Source: Pseudomonadota bacterium (GTDB lineage Bacteria > Pseudomonadota > Gammaproteobacteria > Steroidobacterales > MnTg04). Taken from it: a stretch of DNA of 64,000 nt. The position numbers and the translations under genes are program-made. Below the pieces are notes generated by a model. That model was not told the origin of the DNA. It saw only the letters and a program-made list of their open reading frames with translations, and made no database searches. Of the stretch, positions 60,897 through 64,000 are shown one piece after another (within the stretch, counting starts at the first letter, position 1; the number at the start of each line of letters is the position of its first letter). The stretch covers positions 74,638-138,637 of the forward strand of contig JACZVC010000001.1 in assembly GCA_022572885.1 (NCBI GenBank), written 5' to 3'.

Positions 60897-62219
60897 ATGT
60901 CCGGGAGATCTGTCTGGCTGAATGCGTTCAGTATCGCATTACTGATGCTGCTAATCGGCAGCCCGCTGTGGGCGCAAGAATCACCGGTTAGCCTCGATAT
61001 ACCGCCAGGCGCATTGGCCGGCACAGATTTTAATGTCGATCGGGCGACAGATGCCTATGTCGCGTTGCTAAGCGAGGAACAACGGGCAAAATCGGACGCC
61101 TATATGGAAGGCGGTTACTGGCTCGAGCTGTGGGGATTTCTGTATGGCCTGGCCGCCGCGTGGCTGCTGCTGCATTTTCGAATTTCCGCCGCAATGCGGG
61201 ATCTTGCCGAGCGAATCGGCAAATGGGACTGGCTGCATACGCTCGCCTACGCCGTGCAGTACATCCTGGTCACGACGATCCTGGTTTTCCCACTGACTCT
61301 CTATCAGGGGTTCTTCCGCGAACATCACTATGAATTGGCGAACCAGAATTTTGCTGGCTGGTTTGCCGACCAAATGACCGGTCTGATGGTCGGCGCAATC
61401 CTAGGCAGCCTGGCAATATTGCTAATCTACGCGGTAATCCGAAAAGCGGGTCAGCTATGGTGGATATGGGCCAGCGTTGCCTCGGTTGCTTTCATATTCT
61501 TCACTTCGTTTATCGCGCCAGTCTATTTCGCACCGTTATTCAATGATTACCAAACCCTGGAAGACGGGCCGATTCGTGACCAGATCATGTCCATGGCGCG
61601 GGCCAATGACATTCCGGTCGATGATGTTTACTGGTTTGACGCCTCCCGCCAAACCAAGCGCATTAGCGCCAACGTCAGCGGTTTTCTGAACACGACACGC
61701 ATCAGCCTTAACGACAACTTGCTCGAGCGCACCTCACCCGAAGAAATCCAGGCGGTCATGGGTCACGAGATGGGGCATTACATCCTCAACCATGGCGTCA
61801 AGCTGGTCATGCAGTTTGGACTGGTCCTAGTCGGGGGATTTGCCTTCGTCAACTGGGGATTTGGCAGAGCGCTGGCACGCTGGGGGGAAAACTGGGGTGT
61901 CCGCGATATCGGTGATACTGCGGGCTTGCCGTTGCTTGGCGCCGTGTTGTCGGTTTATTTTCTGATCATGACGCCGTTGACCAATTCGATCATCCGCGTG
62001 GCTGAGGTGGAAGCGGACAATTATGGCCTGAATGTCGCCGGACAACCGGATGGCTTCGCCCGTGTCGCGATGCGTTTGAGCGAGTATCGCAAGATCAGCC
62101 CGGGCGCCTTTGAAGAGTTCCTTTTTTATGACCATCCCAGCGGGCGCAACCGCGTGCATATGGCCATGCTGTGGAAAGCAGAACATCAGGAATCCGAGCC
62201 TGAAACAAAACGAGAATAA
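60897..62219 (+). CDS. M48 family (Ste24-like) zinc metallopeptidase
   Basis: 440 aa, multi-pass membrane protein. It has the HEMGHYILNH zinc motif (HExxH) and a downstream E (VEADNYG). Confidence 0.8.
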   Translation: MSGRSVWLNAFSIALLMLLIGSPLWAQESPVSLDIPPGALAGTDFNVDRATDAYVALLSEEQRAKSDAYMEGGYWLELWGFLYGLAAAWLLLHFRISAAMRDLAERIGKWDWLHTLAYAVQYILVTTILVFPLTLYQGFFREHHYELANQNFAGWFADQMTGLMVGAILGSLAILLIYAVIRKAGQLWWIWASVASVAFIFFTSFIAPVYFAPLFNDYQTLEDGPIRDQIMSMARANDIPVDDVYWFDASRQTKRISANVSGFLNTTRISLNDNLLERTSPEEIQAVMGHEMGHYILNHGVKLVMQFGLVLVGGFAFVNWGFGRALARWGENWGVRDIGDTAGLPLLGAVLSVYFLIMTPLTNSIIRVAEVEADNYGLNVAGQPDGFARVAMRLSEYRKISPGAFEEFLFYDHPSGRNRVHMAMLWKAEHQESEPETKRE

Positions 62220-62375
62220 TCACCCGCCAGGAAGCGCTACAAAAACACGCATCATGCGTCGGCTGCTGAACAGCAGGTGACCAGCCCAGAAAGTGTTTTT
62301 ACACCGCTGAGTCTGGTCTTGTTTTTCGGCGTCGTTTTGGCCCGGCCGAACCAACCCTGAATCCGCTTGGCTAAA

Positions 62376-63455
62376 TCAGCTATCGCGGTAATCGTCACCA
62401 TAGTATTTGCTCGTGATACGCGTATGAAAATCCTCGGCCCTGATCGGCTGGTAACGAGGTTGACCGAGCCCCGGCAACACATCAAGGATTTCGTCCTCCC
62501 AGACATAAACAGCCATCGGTAAGGAAACTCTTGGCTTGGTCATTACACCGGGGTCTTGCGGCTGACTCACACGGTGAGTCGTCGATGGCAACCGGTCATT
62601 GCTGATTCGCTGCATATAGTCGCCGGTATTGAGAATAATACTGCCCGGTGGCGCATCGAGTTTTATCCATTTCATGTTACGGCGATTCAAAACCTGTAAC
62701 CCTTCCTGGTTTGGCGCCGGCAGAAAGGTAAACAGATCGACATCTTCATGGCCCAACATCCGCCCGCCACCGGCTTCCCCACCCGCTACCGTCACCGCCG
62801 GGTAATAGTTGAGCCTGAATCCAAAATTGGTTTTGTGAAGTTTCTGGTCATAGATATGGGGGTCGCAGCCGAGATAGTAAAGAATTGCCTGCATGACCGG
62901 CAAGATCAGTTTTTCATGCTCAATAACCAACCGACGGAACTCGGGTTCGAATTCCGGGCGTGGCCAGAAATCACTCTCCCGGTAATCGGCCTTGCCATCC
63001 AGATCGAATGCGCGCCGGCAAAACACCCAGCCTTCGACAAGGTCGGGGTGGATGATGGTTGTTTCCTTTACCGGGAAATACCCCTGGTTCACCGATCCGT
63101 GCCGGTGGGCGATGTAGGGCTTTCTTTCGGATGCGGGAATGGTTTCAAAAAATTCAATGGTTTTTTGAGTTAAATGTTCGTACAAGTCCGGGTCCACGCC
63201 ATGTCCGGTCAGGATGGCAAAGCCAATGCTTTCCATCGCAGCGCCCAGTTGTTGCGAAAATTTCCGCCGGCTCTTTTCATCGCCTACCAGCCACAAAGAC
63301 ATATCGCAGGTCTGAATCTCGAATTCTGCATCGAACTGCTCACCAGCGCCCTGCTCGGACAGGTAATAGGATTGCTCCTTACGAACCTGTTCGTACCGGC
63401 GGAACTCCTGGTTTTTCGCCAGCACGCCCGTTTCCTGTTTTCGCTTGTCGCCCAT
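62376..63455 (-). CDS. 2OG-Fe(II) oxygenase (isopenicillin N synthase-like family)
   Basis: 359 aa. The N-terminal non-haem dioxygenase region is FSQQLGAAMESIGFAILTGHGV. The facial triad context is LGHEDVDLFTFL ... PSTTHRV. Confidence 0.75.
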   Translation of the reverse strand: MGDKRKQETGVLAKNQEFRRYEQVRKEQSYYLSEQGAGEQFDAEFEIQTCDMSLWLVGDEKSRRKFSQQLGAAMESIGFAILTGHGVDPDLYEHLTQKTIEFFETIPASERKPYIAHRHGSVNQGYFPVKETTIIHPDLVEGWVFCRRAFDLDGKADYRESDFWPRPEFEPEFRRLVIEHEKLILPVMQAILYYLGCDPHIYDQKLHKTNFGFRLNYYPAVTVAGGEAGGGRMLGHEDVDLFTFLPAPNQEGLQVLNRRNMKWIKLDAPPGSIILNTGDYMQRISNDRLPSTTHRVSQPQDPGVMTKPRVSLPMAVYVWEDEILDVLPGLGQPRYQPIRAEDFHTRITSKYYGDDYRDS

Positions 63456-64000
63456 CAGACTTCTGTGCCGCTTATCAATGAAAAAAGGTAAGTACCCAGC
63501 ACCACGACAAGTGCCAGTGGAATCACCCAGCGCAGCCAGAATAAACTGACTAAGGCAAAAAATCCGGCCTGTCGTGGAAAAATTTGCTGCGCCGTGGTTA
63601 TCCGGCCAAGCCCACGGGTCAGCGCGATGATGGCAATCAGCCCGCCGCTAACCAGCATACCCGAACCAAAAACCATATCTGCCCAGCCTATGAACGGTGG
63701 ATACAATGCGCTTGGAATCATCATCAGCGCCAGCAATACAAAAGTAACCACTACAAGTTGCCGTCGCGACCATCGATATTGACGCGGGTCGCTGAGGCCG
63801 GAAACAAAGACCTCGATTGCCGCGATCGCCGAAAGAAAGGCGACCAGCGCCAATACCAGCAGGAACAAAGAACCTGCGAGCCGGCCGCCGGGCATCGCGG
63901 AAAACAATTCGGGCATGGTGCTAAAGATCAGACCGGGCCCCGAACTCATGTCGAGCCCGAAAACCAGCACCGTCGGCACAATGAACAACGAAGCCATTAG
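63455..64000 (-). CDS. sodium-dependent (NSS/SNF family) transporter, C-terminal part only (5' end right of window)
   Basis: The ORF is open to the window end. Hydrophobic helices such as GPGLIFSTMPELFSAMPGG..AGSLFLLVLALVAFLSAIAAIEV are typical of NSS-family C-terminal halves. Its stop TGA shares one base with the ATG of the oxygenase gene. Confidence 0.6.
   Translation of the reverse strand, partial: LMASLFIVPTVLVFGLDMSSGPGLIFSTMPELFSAMPGGRLAGSLFLLVLALVAFLSAIAAIEVFVSGLSDPRQYRWSRRQLVVVTFVLLALMMIPSALYPPFIGWADMVFGSGMLVSGGLIAIIALTRGLGRITTAQQIFPRQAGFFALVSLFWLRWVIPLALVVVLGTYLFSLISGTEV

Overview
This is a 64-kb chromosomal segment of a Gammaproteobacteria-type genome. That assignment is inferred from gene order and protein sequences, because no database search was possible. 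The window has three parts.

(1) nt 1-5.7 kb is the distal part of an integron gene-cassette array. It holds co-oriented (+) small ORFs of visibly different base composition. Each is followed by an imperfect-palindrome attC site bounded by RYYYAAC ... GTTRRRY cores. The best examples are 1395-1452, 2412-2510, 3022-3118 and 3769-3844. The cassettes include an Rph-like PEP-utilising enzyme (5' end outside the window), a hicAB toxin-antitoxin pair, a decayed antitoxin/ParE-like pair, a Tat-signal intradiol dioxygenase and several proteins of unknown function. No integrase gene is in the window; it would be expected to the left.

(2) nt 5.9-41.4 kb carries ggt and pepQ, then one uninterrupted minus-strand block of about 50 translation/transcription genes. 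In transcription order these are tRNA-Tyr/Gly/Thr-tufB, tRNA-Trp-secE-nusG, rplKAJL, rpoBC, rpsLG-fusA-tufA, and the S10, spc and alpha operons. The two tuf copies encode identical proteins except for 5 residues (7 nt) clustered in a 127-nt patch.

(3) nt 41.6-64 kb carries a PilZ protein, msrA, two SAM methyltransferases and a TPR/2OG-oxygenase fusion. It also has a metal-uptake cluster (small CxxC protein, outer-membrane barrel, ZnuA-like binding protein, ABC-3 permease, but no ATPase), a TPR/TolB-N membrane protein and a DUF3179 protein. These are followed by the minor-pilin operon fimU-pilV-pilW-pilX-pilY1-pilE, a DUF5658-like membrane protein and an M48 peptidase. The window ends with a translationally coupled NSS transporter/2OG oxygenase pair, with the transporter cut by the window end.

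No rRNA, CRISPR array, transposase or phage genes were recognised. The most interesting region is the integron array and its orphan cassettes.
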